Source: Eledone cirrhosa (lineage: Eukaryota). Taken from it: a DNA stretch of 64,000 nt. Location of the stretch: the NCBI GenBank assembly GCA_964016885.1, contig OZ024743.1, positions 326,802,001 to 326,866,000 on the forward strand, in the 5' to 3' direction. This document shows, in pieces, positions 24,845-43,500 of this stretch. The notes under the pieces are model-generated. The model did no database searches and had not been told where the DNA came from. It worked only from the letters and a program-made list of their open reading frames with translations. Positions within the stretch are counted from its first letter, which is position 1. Each line of letters starts with the position of its first letter. The position numbers and the translations under genes were made by a program.

Positions 24845-25270
24845 TTGCACCACCAGTCTGACTTGGTAAACACCCACAAAATTATTAACCATCTTGCCAA
24901 CAACAACCCTGAGCACCTTTTTGATTTCCATATCTCTAACAGACGTGGGCATGTCAACAAAGTCAGAAAACAGCACGACTCCCATGACTTCCGGAAACAT
25001 TTTTTCACACTCAGAGTTGCTGCAGCATGGAACAAACTACTTGCATTAGTTGTCAGCTGTCGAGAGACTGCATCTTATAAAACCTCCATGTTTCCTGAGA
25101 TTCGCCAACACAACACCTGATATTCCCCCTCCATACACACACACACATGTATTTCATGACTCGTACAATGTTCATTTTCCTGACATTTGTACATTATTCT
25201 ATGTACTATACATGCACCTTTGATGAGTTGTAGTGCAGCTGAGCACTGTACACAATAATTTCATTATTAT
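24845..25270 (+). mobile_element. CR1-clade LINE 3' end
   Basis: Translates as DLVNTHKII..RGHVNKVRKQH..RKHFFTLRVAAAWNKL, with 3' UTR and CATTATTAT tail. Same family as 50550-51752. Confidence 0.85.
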
Positions 25271-25572
25271 GTGAATTGGCAGTATCGGTAGAGGGTTGGA
25301 TGCCATGTTTTCTAGCATAGTTACGTCCCTTTACAGTCTGAGTTCAAATCCCGCTGAGGTTAACTTTGCCTTTCATCCTTAAGGGGTCAATAAAATAATG
25401 TACTGGATAATTTGCTGGCCCTGTGCCTAAAGTAGAAACAATTATTATTATATATATATATATTAGTTTGAGTAAAATAACAGGAAGCCAGACTGGCGAT
25501 GTTTGTTTAAAGTTTTATTGCTGCAAAAACACTAAATATATTTCAATGGCCTGGTTAGGTAAGATCCTGGCA

Positions 25573-28500
25573 ATTGTATATATTGAACACACATACATAC
25601 GTACATACACCTTTTACACATACACACACCTTTTACACAGCATTGTATAAATTGAACACACATACATACGTACATACACCTTTTACACGGTATTGTATAA
25701 ATTGAACACACACACATACATACACACACCTTTTACACATACACACACTTTTTACACAGTATTGAATAAATTGAACACACATACATACGTACACACACCT
25801 TTTACACATACACACACCTTTTACACAGCATTGTATAAATTGAACACACATACATACGTACATACACCTTTTACACGGTATTGTATAAATTGAACACACA
25901 CACATACATACACACACCTTTTACACATACACACACTTTTTACACAGTATTGTATAAATTGAACACACATACATACGTACATACACCTTTTACAAAGTAT
26001 TGTATATATTGACCACACACACACATACATACACACATCTTTTACACAGTATTGTATATATTGACCACACACACACATACATACACACATCTTTTACACA
26101 GTATTGTATATATTGACCACACACACACATACATACACACATCTTTTACACAGTATTGTATATATTGACCACACACACACATACATACACACATCTTTTA
26201 CACAGCATTGTATAAATTGAACACACATACATACGTACATACACCTTTTACACGGTATTGTATAAATTGAACACACACACATACATACACACACCTTTTA
26301 CACATACACACACTTTTTACACAGTATTGTATAAATTGAACACACATACATACGTACATACACCTTTTACAAAGTATTGTATATATTGACCACACACACA
26401 CATACATACACACATCTTTTACACAGTATTGTATATATTGACCACACACACACATACATACACACATCTTTTACACAGTATTGTATATATTGACCACACA
26501 CACACATACATACACACATCTTTTACACAGTATTGTATATATTGACCACACACACACATACATACACACACCTTTTACACAGCATTGTATAAATTGAACA
26601 CACATACATACGTACATACACCTTTTACACGGTATTGTATAAATTGAACACACACACATACATACACACACCTTTTACACATACACACACCTTTTACACA
26701 TCATTGTGTATATTGACCACACACACACATACATACACACATCTTTTACACAGTATTGTATATATTGATCACACACACACATACATACACACATCTTTTA
26801 CACAGTATTGTATATATTGACCACACACACACATACATACACACATCTTTTACACAGTATTGTATATATTGACCACACACACACATACATACACACATCT
26901 TTTACACAGTATTGTATATATTGATCACACACACCTTTTACACATACACACACCTTTTACACATCATTGTGTATATTGACCACACACACACATACATACA
27001 CACATCTTTTACACAGTATTGTATATATTGACCACACACACACATACATACACACATCTTTTACATAGTATTGTATATATTGATCACACACACCTTTTAC
27101 ACATACACACAACTTTTACACAGCATTGTGTATATTGATCACACACACACATACATACACACATCTTTTACACAGTATTGTATATATTGATCACACACAC
27201 ACATACATACACACACCTTTTACACAGTATTGTGTATATTGATCACACACACAGGCATACACACACCTTTTACACAGTATTGTATATATTGATCACACAC
27301 ACACATACACCTTTTACACATACACACACCTTTTACACAGTATTGTATATTTTGAACACACACACACACATACACACACCTTGTACACAGTATTGTATAT
27401 ATTGACCACACACACACATACATACACACACCTTTTACACAGTATTGTATATATTGACCACACACACACATACATACACACACCTTTTACACAGTATTGT
27501 ATATATTGATCACACACACACACACACACATACATACACACACCTTTTACACAGTATTGTATATATTGACCACACACACACACATACATACACACACCTT
27601 TTACACAGTATTGTATATATTGATCATACACACACATACATACACACACCTTTTACACAGTATTGTATATATTGACCACACACACATACATACACACACC
27701 TTTTACACAGTATTGTATATATTGACCACACACACATACATACACACACCTTTTACACAGTATTGTATATATTGATCACACACACACATACATACACACA
27801 CCTTTTACACATTATTGTATATATTGATCACACACACACATACATACACACACCTTTTACACAGTATTGTATATATTGACCACACACACATATATACACA
27901 CACCTTTTACACACTATTGTATATATTGACCACACACACATACATACACACACCTTTTACACAGTATTGTATATATTGACCACACACACACATACATACA
28001 CACACCTTTTACACACTATTGTATATATTGACCACACACACACCTACATACACACACCTTTTACACAGTATTGTATATATTGATCACACACACACATACA
28101 TACACACACCTTTTACACAGTATTGTATATATTGATCACACACACATACATACACACACCTTTTACACAGTATTGTATATATTGACCATACACACTTACA
28201 TACACACACCTTTTACACAGTATTGTATATATTGACCACACACACACATACATACACACACCTTTTACATAGTATTGTATATATTGATCACACACACACA
28301 TACATACACACACCTTTTACACAGTATTGTATATATTGACCACACACACACATACATACACACACCTTTTACACAGTATTGTATATATTGACCACACACA
28401 TATACATACACACAGCTTTTACACAGTATTGTATATATTGACCACACACACACATACATACACACACCTTTTACATAGTATTGTATATATTGACCACACA

Positions 28501-31500
28501 CACACATACATACACACACCTTTTACACAGTATTGTATATATTGACCACACATACATACACACAGCTTTTACACAGTATTGTATATATTGACCACACACA
28601 CATACATACACACAGCTTTTACACAGTATTGTATATATTGACCACACACACACATACATACACACACCTTTTACACAGTATTGTATATATTGACCACATA
28701 CACATACATACACACAGCTTTTACACAGTATTGTATATATTGATCACACACACACATACATACACACACCTTTTACACAGTATTGTATATATTGATCACA
28801 CACACATACATACACACACCTTTTACACATACACACACTTTTTACACAGTATTGAATAAATTGAACACACATACATACGTACACACACCTTTTACACATA
28901 CACACACCTTTTACACAGCATTGTATAAATTGAACACACATACATACGTACATACACCTTTTACACGGTATTGTATAAATTGAACACACACACATACATA
29001 CACACACCTTTTACACATACACACACTTTTTACACAGTATTGTATAAATTGAACACACATACATACGTACATACACCTTTTACAAAGTATTGTATATATT
29101 GACCACACACACACATACATACACACATCTTTTACACAGTATTGTATATATTGACCACACACACACATACATACACACATCTTTTACACAGTATTGTATA
29201 TATTGACCACACACACACATACATACACACATCTTTTACACAGTATTGTATATATTGACCACACACACACATACATACACACATCTTTTACACAGCATTG
29301 TATAAATTGAACACACATACATACGTACATACACCTTTTACACGGTATTGTATAAATTGAACACACACACATACATACACACACCTTTTACACATACACA
29401 CACTTTTTACACAGTATTGTATAAATTGAACACACATACATACGTACATACACCTTTTACAAAGTATTGTATATATTGACCACACACACACATACATACA
29501 CACATCTTTTACACAGTATTGTATATATTGACCACACACACACATACATACACACATCTTTTACACAGTATTGTATATATTGACCACACACACACATACA
29601 TACACACATCTTTTACACAGTATTGTATATATTGACCACACACACACATACATACACACACCTTTTACACAGCATTGTATAAATTGAACACACAAACATA
29701 CGTACATACACCTTTTACACGGTATTGTATAAATTGAACACACACACATACATACACACACCTTTTACACATACACACACCTTTTACACATCATTGTGTA
29801 TATTGACCACACACACACATACATACACACATCTTTTACACAGTATTGTATATATTGATCACACACACACATACATACACACATCTTTTACACAGTATTG
29901 TATATATTGACCACACACACACATACATACACACATCTTTTACACAGTATTGTATATATTGACCACACACACACATACATACACACATCTTTTACACAGT
30001 ATTGTATATATTGATCACACACACCTTTTACACATACACACACCTTTTACACATCATTGTGTATATTGACCACACACACACATACATACACACATCTTTT
30101 ACACAGTATTGTATATATTGACCACACACACACATACATACACACATCTTTTACACAGTATTGTATATATTGATCACACACACCTTTTACACATACACAC
30201 AACTTTTACACAGCATTGTGTATATTGATCACACACACACATACATACACACATCTTTTACACAGTATTGTATATATTGATCACACACACACATACATAC
30301 ACACACCTTTTACACAGTATTGTGTATATTGATCACACACACAGGCATACACACACCTTTTACACAGTATTGTATATATTGATCACACACACACATACAC
30401 CTTTTACACATACACACACCTTTTACACAGTATTGTATATTTTGAACACACACACACACATACACACACCTTGTACACAGTATTGTATATATTGACCACA
30501 CACACACATACATACACACACCTTTTACACAGTATTGTATATATTGACCACACACACACATACATACACACACCTTTTACACAGTATTGTATATATTGAT
30601 CACACACACACACACACACATACATACACACACCTTTTACACAGTATTGTATATATTGACCACACACACACACATACATACACACACCTTTTACACAGTA
30701 TTGTATATATTGATCATACACACACATACATACACACACCTTTTACACAGTATTGTATATATTGACCACACACACATACATACACACACCTTTTACACAG
30801 TATTGTATATATTGACCACACACACATACATACACACACCTTTTACACAGTATTGTATATATTGATCACACACACACATACATACACACACCTTTTACAC
30901 ATTATTGTATATATTGATCACACACACACATACATACACACACCTTTTACACAGTATTGTATATATTGACCACACACACATATATACACACACCTTTTAC
31001 ACACTATTGTATATATTGACCACACACACATACATACACACACCTTTTACACAGTATTGTATATATTGACCACACACACACATACATACACACACCTTTT
31101 ACACACTATTGTATATATTGACCACACACACACCTACATACACACACCTTTTACACAGTATTGTATATATTGATCACACACACACATACATACACACACC
31201 TTTTACACAGTATTGTATATATTGATCACACACACATACATACACACACCTTTTACACAGTATTGTATATATTGACCATACACACTTACATACACACACC
31301 TTTTACACAGTATTGTATATATTGACCACACACACACATACATACACACACCTTTTACATAGTATTGTATATATTGATCACACACACACATACATACACA
31401 CACCTTTTACACAGTATTGTATATATTGACCACACACACACATACATACACGCACCTTTTACACAGTATTGTATATATTGACCACACACATATACATACA

Positions 31501-34500
31501 CACAGCTTTTACACAGTATTGTATATATTGACCACACACACACATACATACACACACCTTTTACATAGTATTGTATATATTGACCACACACACACATACA
31601 TACACACACCTTTTACACAGTATTGTATATATTGACCACACATACATACACACAGCTTTTACACAGTATTGTATATATTGACCACACACACATACATACA
31701 CACAGCTTTTACACAGTATTGTATATATTGACCACACACACACATACATACACACACCTTTTACACAGTATTGTATATATTGACCACACACACATACATA
31801 CACACAGCTTTTACACAGTATTGTATATATTGATCACACACACACATACATACACACACCTTTTACACAGTATTGTATATATTGATCACACACACATACA
31901 TACACACACCTTTTACACAGTATTGTATATATTGATCACACACACACATACATACACACACCTTTTACACAGTATTGTATATATTGATCATACACACACA
32001 TACATACACACACCTTTTACACAGTATTGTATATATTGATCACACACACACATACATACACACACCTTTTACACAGTATTGTATATATTGACCACACACA
32101 CATACATACACACACCTTTTACACAGTATTGTATATATTGACCACACACAGATACATACACACACCTTTTACACAGTATTGTATATATTGACCACACACA
32201 CACATACATACACACACCTTTTACACAGTATTGTATATATTGACCACACACACACATACATACACACACCTTTTACACAGTATTGTATATATTGACCACA
32301 CACACACATACATACACACACCTTTTACACAGTATTGTATATATTGATCACACACACACATACATACACACACCTTTTACACAGTATTGTATATATTGAT
32401 CATACACACATATACATACACACATCTTTTACAAAGTATTGTATATATTGATCACACACACATACATACATACACACACCTTTTACACAGTATTGTATAT
32501 ATTGATCATACACACATATACATACACACATCTTTTACACAGTATTGTATATATTGATCACACACACATACATACATACACACACCTTTTACACAGTATT
32601 GTATATATTGATCATACACACACATACATACACACACCTTTTACACAGTATTGTATATATTGACCACACATACATACATACACACACCTTTTACACAGTA
32701 TTGTATATATTGACCACACACAGATACATACACACACCTTTTACACAGTATTGTATATATTGACCACACACATACATACACACACCTTTTACACAGTATT
32801 GTATATATTGATCACACACACACATACATACACACACCTTTTACACAGTATTGTATATATTGACCACACACACACATACATACACACACCTTTTACACAG
32901 TATTGTATATATTGATCATACACACATATACATACACACATCTTTTACAAAGTATTGTATATATTGATCACACACACATACATACACACACCTTTTACAC
33001 AGTATTGTATATATTGACCACACACATACATACACACACCTTTTACACAGTATTGTATATATTGATCATACACACATACATACACACACCTTTTACACAG
33101 TATTGTATATATTGATCATACACACACACATACATACACACACCTTTTACACAGTATTGTATATATTGACCACACACACACATACATACACACACCTTTT
33201 ACACAGTATTGTATATATTGATCACACACACACATACATACACACACCTTTTACACAGTATTGTATATATTGACCACACACACACATACATACACACACC
33301 TTTTACACAGTATTCTATATATTGACCACACACACACATACATACACACACTTTTTACACAGTATTGTATATATTGACCACACACACATATACATACACA
33401 CACCTTTTACACAGTATTGTATATATTGACCACACACACATACATACGCACACCTTTTACACAGTATTGTATATATTGACCACACACAGATACATACACA
33501 CACCTTTTACACAGTATTGTATATATTGACCACACACACACACATACATACACCTTTTACACAGTATTGTATATATTGACCACACACACATACATACACA
33601 CACACACTTTTTACACAGTATTGTATATATTGACCACACACACACACATACACACACCTTTTACACAGTATTGTATATATTGACCACACACACATACATA
33701 CACACACACACTTTTTACACAGTATTGTATATATTGACCACACACACACATACACACACCTTTTACACAGTATTGTATATATTGACCACACACATACATA
33801 CATACACACACCTTTTACACAGTATTGTATATATTGACCACACACACATATACATACACACACCTTTTACACAGTATTGTATATATTGACCACACACATA
33901 CATACATACACACACCTTTTACACAGTATTGTATATATTGATCACACACACACATACATACACACACCTTTTACACAGTATTGTATATATTGACCACACA
34001 CACACATACATACACACACCTTTTACACAGTATTGTATATATTGACCACACACATACATACACACACCTTTTACACAGTATTGTATATATTGACCACACA
34101 CACATATACATACACACATCTTTTACAAAGTATTGTATATATTGATCACACACACATACATACACACATCTTTTACACAGTATTGTATATATTGACCACA
34201 CACACATACATACACACACCTTTTACACAGTATTGTATATATTGACCACACACACATACATACACACACCTTTTACACAGTATTGTATATATTGATCATA
34301 CACACACATACATACACACACCTTTTACACAGTATTGTATATATTGATCACACACACATATACATACACACACCTTTTACACAGTATTGTATATATTGAC
34401 CACACACACATACATACAAACACCTTTTACACAGTATTGTATATATTGACCACACACACATACATACACACACCTTTTACACAGTATTGTATATATTGAT

Positions 34501-37500
34501 CACACACACACACCTACATACACACACCTTTTACACAATATTGTATATATTGATCACACACACACACATACATACACCTTTTACACAGTATTGTATATAT
34601 TGATCACACACACACACACATACATACACACACCTTTTACACAGTATTGTATATATTGATCACACACACACATACATACACACACCTTTTACACAGTATT
34701 GTATATATTGATCACACACACACACACACACAGATACATACACACACCTTTTACACAGTATTGTATATATTGACCACACACACACATACATACACACACC
34801 TTTTACACAGTATTGTATATATTGATCACACACACACATACATACACACACCTTTTACACAGTATTGTATATATTGATCACACACACACACATACATACA
34901 CCTTTTACACAGTATTGTATATATTGATCACACACACACATACATACACACACCTTTTACACAGTATTGTATATATTGACCACACACACACATACATACA
35001 CACACCTTTTACACAGTATTGTATATATTGAACACACACATACATACACACACCTTTTACACAGTATTGTATATATTGATCACACACACACATACATACA
35101 CACACCTTTTACACAGTATCGTATATATTGATCACACACACACATACATACACACACCTTTTACACAGTATTGTATATATTGAACACACACACACACACA
35201 TACATACACACACCTTTTACACAGTATTGTATATATTGATCACACACACACATACATACACACACCTTTTTCACAGTATTGTATATATTGACCAGACACA
35301 CGCATACATATACACACCTTATACACAGTATTGTATATATTGATCACACACACACAGATACATACACACACCTTTTACACAGTATTGTATATATTGACCA
35401 CACACACACATACATACACACACCTTTTACACAGTATTGTATATATTGACCACACACACACATACATACACACACCTTTTACACAGTATTGTATATATTG
35501 ATCACACACACATACACACACCTTTTACACAGTATTGTATATATTGACCACACACACACTTACATACACACACCTTTTACACAGTATTGTATATATTGAT
35601 CACACACACACATACATACACACACCTTTTACACAGTATTGTGTATATTGACCACACACACATACATACACACACCTTTTACACAGTATTGTATATATTG
35701 ACCACACACACACATACATACACACACCTTTTACACAGTATTGTATATATTGACCACACACGCATATACATACACACACCTTTTACACAGTATTGTATAT
35801 ATTGACCACACACACATATATACACACACCTTTTACACAGTATTGTATATATTGACCACACACACATACATACACACACCTTTTACACAGTATTGTATAT
35901 ATTGATCACACACACACATACATACACACACATTTTACACAGTATTGTATATATTGATCACACACACACATACATACACACACCTTTTACACAGTATTGT
36001 ATATATTGACCACACACACACACATACACACACCTTTTACACACTATTGTATATATTGACCACACACACACATACATACACACACCTTTTACACAGTATT
36101 GTATATATTGATCACACACACCCATACATACACACACCTTTTACACAGTATTGTATATATTGACCACACACACACACATACATACACACACCTTTTACAC
36201 AGTATTGTATATATTGACCACACACACACATACATACACACACCTTTTACACACTATTGTATATATTGACCACACACACACACATACATACACACACTTT
36301 TTACACAGTATTGTATATATTGATCACACACACATACATACACACACCTTTTACACAGTATTGTATATATTGATCACACACAGACACATACACACACCTT
36401 TTACACACTATTGTATATATTGACCACACACACACACATACATACACACACCTTTTACACAGTATTGTATATATTGATCACACACACATACATACATACA
36501 CACACCTTTTACACAGTATTGTATATATTGACCACACACATACACACATACACACACCTTTTACACAGAATTGTATATATTGATCACACACACATATACA
36601 TACACACACCTTTTACACAGTATTGTATATATTGATCTCACACACATACATACATACACACACCTTTTACACAGTATTGTATATATTGACCACACACATA
36701 CACACATACACACACCTTTTACACAGTATTGTATATATTGATCACACACACATACATACACACACCTTTTACACAGTATTGTGTATATTGACCACACACA
36801 CACATACATACACACACCTTTTACACAGTATTGTATATATTGACCACACACACACATACATACACACACCTTTTACACAGTATTGTATATATTGACCACA
36901 CACATACACACATACACACACCTTTTACACGGTATTGTATATATTGATCACACACACACATACATACACACACCTTTTACACAGTATTGTATATATTGAC
37001 CACACACACATACATACACACACCTTTTACACAGTATTGTATATATTGATCACACACACATACATACATACACACACCTTTTACACAGTATTGTATATAT
37101 TGATCACACACACATACATACACACACCTTTTACACAGTATTGTATATATTGACCACACACACACATACATACACACACCTTTTACACAGTATTGTATAT
37201 ATTGACCACACACACACATACATACACACACCTTTTACACAGTATTGTATATATTGATCACACACACATACATACACACACCTTTTACACAGTATTGTAT
37301 ATATTGACCACACACACACATACATACACACACCTTTTACACAGTATTGTATATATTGATCACAGACACACATACATACACACACCTTTTACACAGTATT
37401 GTATATATTGACCACACACATACATACACACACCTTTTACACAGTATTGTATATATTGATCACACACACATACATACACACCTTTTACACAGTATTGTAT

Positions 37501-40500
37501 ATATTGACCACACACACATATACATACACACATCTTTTACACAGTATTGTATATATTGACCACACACATACATACATACACACACCTTTTACACAGTATT
37601 GTATATATTGATCACACACACACATACATACATACACACACCTTTTACACAGTATTGTATATATTGATCACACACACATACATACACACACGTTTTACAC
37701 AGTATTGTATATATTGATCACACACACACATACATACATACACACACCTTTTACACAGTATTGTATATATTGATCACACACACATACATACACACACCTT
37801 TTACACAGTATTGTATATATTGATCACACACACACACCTACATACACACATCTTTTACACAGTATTATATATATTGATCACACACACACATACATACACA
37901 CACCTTTTACACACTATTGTATATATTGACCACACACGCACATACATACACACACCTTTTACACAGTATTGTATATATTGACCACACACACACACATACA
38001 TACACACACCTTTTACACAGTATTGTATATATTTACCACACACACACACATACATACACACACCTTTTACACAGTATTGTATATATTGACCACACACACA
38101 CACATACATACACACCTTTTACACAGTATTGTATATATTGACCACACATACACATACATACACACACCTTTTACACAGTATTGTATATATTGACCACACA
38201 CACACACACATACACACACCTTTTACACAGTATTGTATATATTGACCACACACACACACACATACACACACCTTTTACACAGTATTGTATATATTGACCA
38301 CACACATACATACACACACCTTTTACACAGTATTGTATATATTGACCACACACACACACATACATACACACACCTTTTTCACAGTATTGTATATATTGAT
38401 CACACACACATACATACACACACCTTTTACACAGTATTGTATATATTGACCACACATACATACATACACACACCTTTTACACAGTATTGTATATATTGAC
38501 CACACACACATACATACACACACCTTTTACACAGTATTGTATATATTGATCACACACACATACATACACACACCTTTTACACAGTATTGTATATATTGAC
38601 CACACACACATACATACACACAGCTTTTACACAGTATTGTATATATTGACCACACACACACATACATACACCTTTTACACAGTATTGTATATATTGACCA
38701 CACACACATACACACACCTTTTACACAGTATTGTATATATTGACCACACACACACATACATACACACACCTTTTACACACTATTGTATATATTGACCATA
38801 CACACTTACATACACACACCTTTTACACAGTATTGTATATATTGACCACACACACACATACATACACACACCTTTTACACACTATTGTATATATTGATCA
38901 CACACACATACATACACACACCTTTTACACAGTATTGTATATATTGACCACACACACATACACACACCTTTTACACAGTATTGTATATATTGACCACACA
39001 CACACATACATACACCTTTTACACAGTATTGTATATATTGACCACACACACACATACATACACACACCTTTTACAGTATTGTATATATTGACCACACACA
39101 CACATACATACACACACCTTTTACACAGTATTGTATATATTGATCACACACACACCTACATACACACACCTTTTACACAGTATTGTATATATTGACCACA
39201 CACACACATACATACACACACCTTTTACAGTATTGTATATATTGACCACACACACACATACATACACACGCCTTTTACACAGTATTGTATATATTGACCA
39301 CACACACATACATACACACACCTTTTACACAGTATTGTATATATTGACCACACACACATACATACACACACCTTTTACACAGTATTGTATATATTGATCA
39401 CACACACATACATACACACACCTTTTACACAGTATTGTATATATTGACCACACACACACCTACATACATACACACACCTTTTACACAGTATTGTATATAT
39501 TGATCACACACACATACATACACACACCTTTTACACAGTATTGTATATATTGATCACACACACACATACATACACACACCTTTTACACAGTATTGTATAT
39601 ATTAATCGCACACACACATACATACACACACCTTTTACACAGTATTGTATATATTGATCACACACACATACATACACACTCCTTTTACACAGTATTGTAT
39701 ATATTGACCACACACACACCTACATACATACACACACCTTTTACACAGTATTGTATACATTGACCACACACACACACATACATACACACACCTTTTACAC
39801 AGTATTGTATATATTGACCACACACACACACATACATACACACACCTTTTACACAGTATTTTATATATTGACCACACACACACACATACATACACACACC
39901 TTTTACACAGTATTGTATATATTGATCACACACACATACATACACACACCTTTTACACAGTATTGTATATATTGATCACACATACATACACACACCTTTT
40001 ACACAGTATTGTATATATTGACCACACACACACATACATACACACACCTTTTACACAGTATTGTATATATTGACCACACACACATATACATACACACACC
40101 TTTTACACAGTATTGTATATATTGATCACACACACACACATACATACACACACCTTTTACACAGTATTGTATATATTGACCACACACACACATACATACA
40201 CACACCTTTTACACAGTATTGTATATATTGATCACACACACACACATACATACACACACCTTTTACACAGTATTGTATATATTGACCACACACACATACA
40301 TACACACACCTTTTACACAGTATTGTATATATTGATCACACACACACCTACATACACACATCTTTTACACAGTATTGTATATATTGATCACACACTCACA
40401 CATACATACACACACCTTTTACACAGTATTGTATATATTGACCACACACACACATACACACACCTTTTACACAGTATTGTATATATTGACCACACACACA

Positions 40501-43500
40501 CACATACATACACACACCTTTTACACAGTATTGTATATATTGACCACACACACACATACATACACACACCTTTTACACACTATTGTATATATTGACCACA
40601 CACACACACATACATACACACACTTTTTACACAGTATTGTATATATTGATCACACACACATACATACACACACCTTTTACACAGTATTGTATATATTGAC
40701 CACACACACACATACATACACACACCTTTTACACAGTATTGTATATATTGACCACACACACACATACATACACACACCTTTTACACAGTATTGTGTATAT
40801 TGACCACACACACATACACACACCTTTTACACAGTATTGTATATATTGACCACACACACACACATACATACACACACCTTTTACACAGTATTGTATATAT
40901 TGACCACACACACACATACATACACACACCTTTTACACAGTTTTGTGTATATTGACCACACACACACATACATACACACCTTTTACACAGTATTGTGCAT
41001 ATTGACCACACACAGACACATACACACACCTTTTACACAGTATTGTATATATTGACCACACACACACATATACATACACACACCTTTTACACAGTATTGT
41101 ATATATTGATCACACACACATACATACACACACCTTTTACACAGTATTGTATATATTGACCACACACACACATACATACACACACCTTTTACACAGTATT
41201 GTATATATTGACCACACACACACATACATACACACACCTTTTACACAGTATTGTATATATTGACCACACACACACACATACATACACACACCTTTTACAC
41301 AGTATTGTGTATATTGACCACACACACACATACATACACACACCTTTTACATAGTATTGTATATATTGATCACACACACATACATACACACACCTTTTAC
41401 ACAGTATTGTATATATTGACCACACACACACACATACATACACACACCTTTTACACAGTATTGTATATATTGACCACACACACATACATACACACACCTT
41501 TTACACAGTATTGTATATATTGATCGCACACACACATACATACACACACCTTTTACACAGTATTGTATATATTGACCACACACACATACATACACACACC
41601 TTTTACACAGTATTGTATATATTGATCGCACACACACATACATACACACACCTTTTACACAGTATTGTATATATTGATCACACACACATACATACACACA
41701 CCTTTTACACAGTATTGTATATATTGACCACACATACACACATACATACACACACCTTTTACACAGTATTGTATATATTGACCACACACACACCTACATA
41801 CATACACACACCTTTTACACAGTATTGTATACATTGACCACACACACACACATACACACACCTTTTACACAGTATTGTATATATTGACCACACACACACA
41901 CATACATACACACACCTTTTTCACAGTATTTTATATATTGACCACACACACACACATACATACACACACCTTTTACACAGTATTGTATATATTGATCACA
42001 CACACATACATACACACACCTTTTACACAGTATTGTATATATTGACCACACACACACATACATACACACACCTTTTACACAGTATTGTATATATTGACCA
42101 CACACACATATACATACACACACCTTTTACACAGTATTGTATATATTGACCACACACACATACATACACACACCTTTTACACAGTATTGTATATATTGAT
42201 CACACACACACCTACATACACACATCTTTTACACAGTATTGTATATATTTATCACACACACACACATACATACACACACCTTTTACACAGTATTGTATAT
42301 ATTGACCACACACACACATACACACACCTTTTACACAGTATTGTATATATTGACCACACACACACACATACATACACACACCTTTTACACAGTATTGTAT
42401 ATATTGACCACACACACATATACATACACACACCTTTTACACAGTATTGTATATATTGACCACACACACATACATACACACAGCTTTTACACAGTATTGT
42501 ATATATTGACCACACACACACACATACATACACACACCTTTTTCACAGTATTTTATATATTGACCACACACACACACATACATACACACACCTTTTACAC
42601 AGTATTGTATATATTGATCACACACACACCTACATACACACATCTTTTACACAGTATTGTATATATTGATCACACACACATACATACACACACCTTTTAC
42701 ACAGTATTGTATATATTGACCACACACACACATACACACACCTTTTACACAGTATTGTATATATTGACCACACACACACACATACATACACACACCTTTT
42801 ACACAGTATTGTATATATTGACCACACACACACACATACATACACACACCTTTTACACAGTATTGTATATATTGACCACACACACACATACATACACACA
42901 CCTTTTACACACTATTGTATATATTGACCACACACATACATACACACACCTTTTACACAGTATTGTATATATTGACCACTCACACACACATACATACACA
43001 CACTTTTTACACAGTATTGTATATATTGACCACACACACATACATACACACACTTTTTACACAGTATTGTATATATTGATCACACACACATACATACACA
43101 CACCTTTTACACAGTATTGTATATATTGACCACACACACACATACATACACACACCTTTTACACAGTATTGTATATATTGACCACACACACACACATACA
43201 TACACACACTTTTTACACAGTATTGTATATATTGACCACACACACATACATACACACACCTTTTACACAGTATTGTATATATTGACCACACACACATACA
43301 TACACACACCTTTTACACAGTATTGTATATATTGACCACACACACATACATACATACACACCTTTTACACAGTATTGTATATATTGACCACACACATACA
43401 TACACACACCTTTTACACAGTATTGTATATATTGACCACACACACACATACATACACACACCTTTTACACAGTATTGTGTATATTGACCACACACACATA

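Noticed and set aside
25467-25558. Possible plus-strand exon ending at TTAG|GTAAGA just before the satellite
   Set aside because: The acceptor is weak and the peptide is unrecognisable, so it cannot be supported without RNA data.
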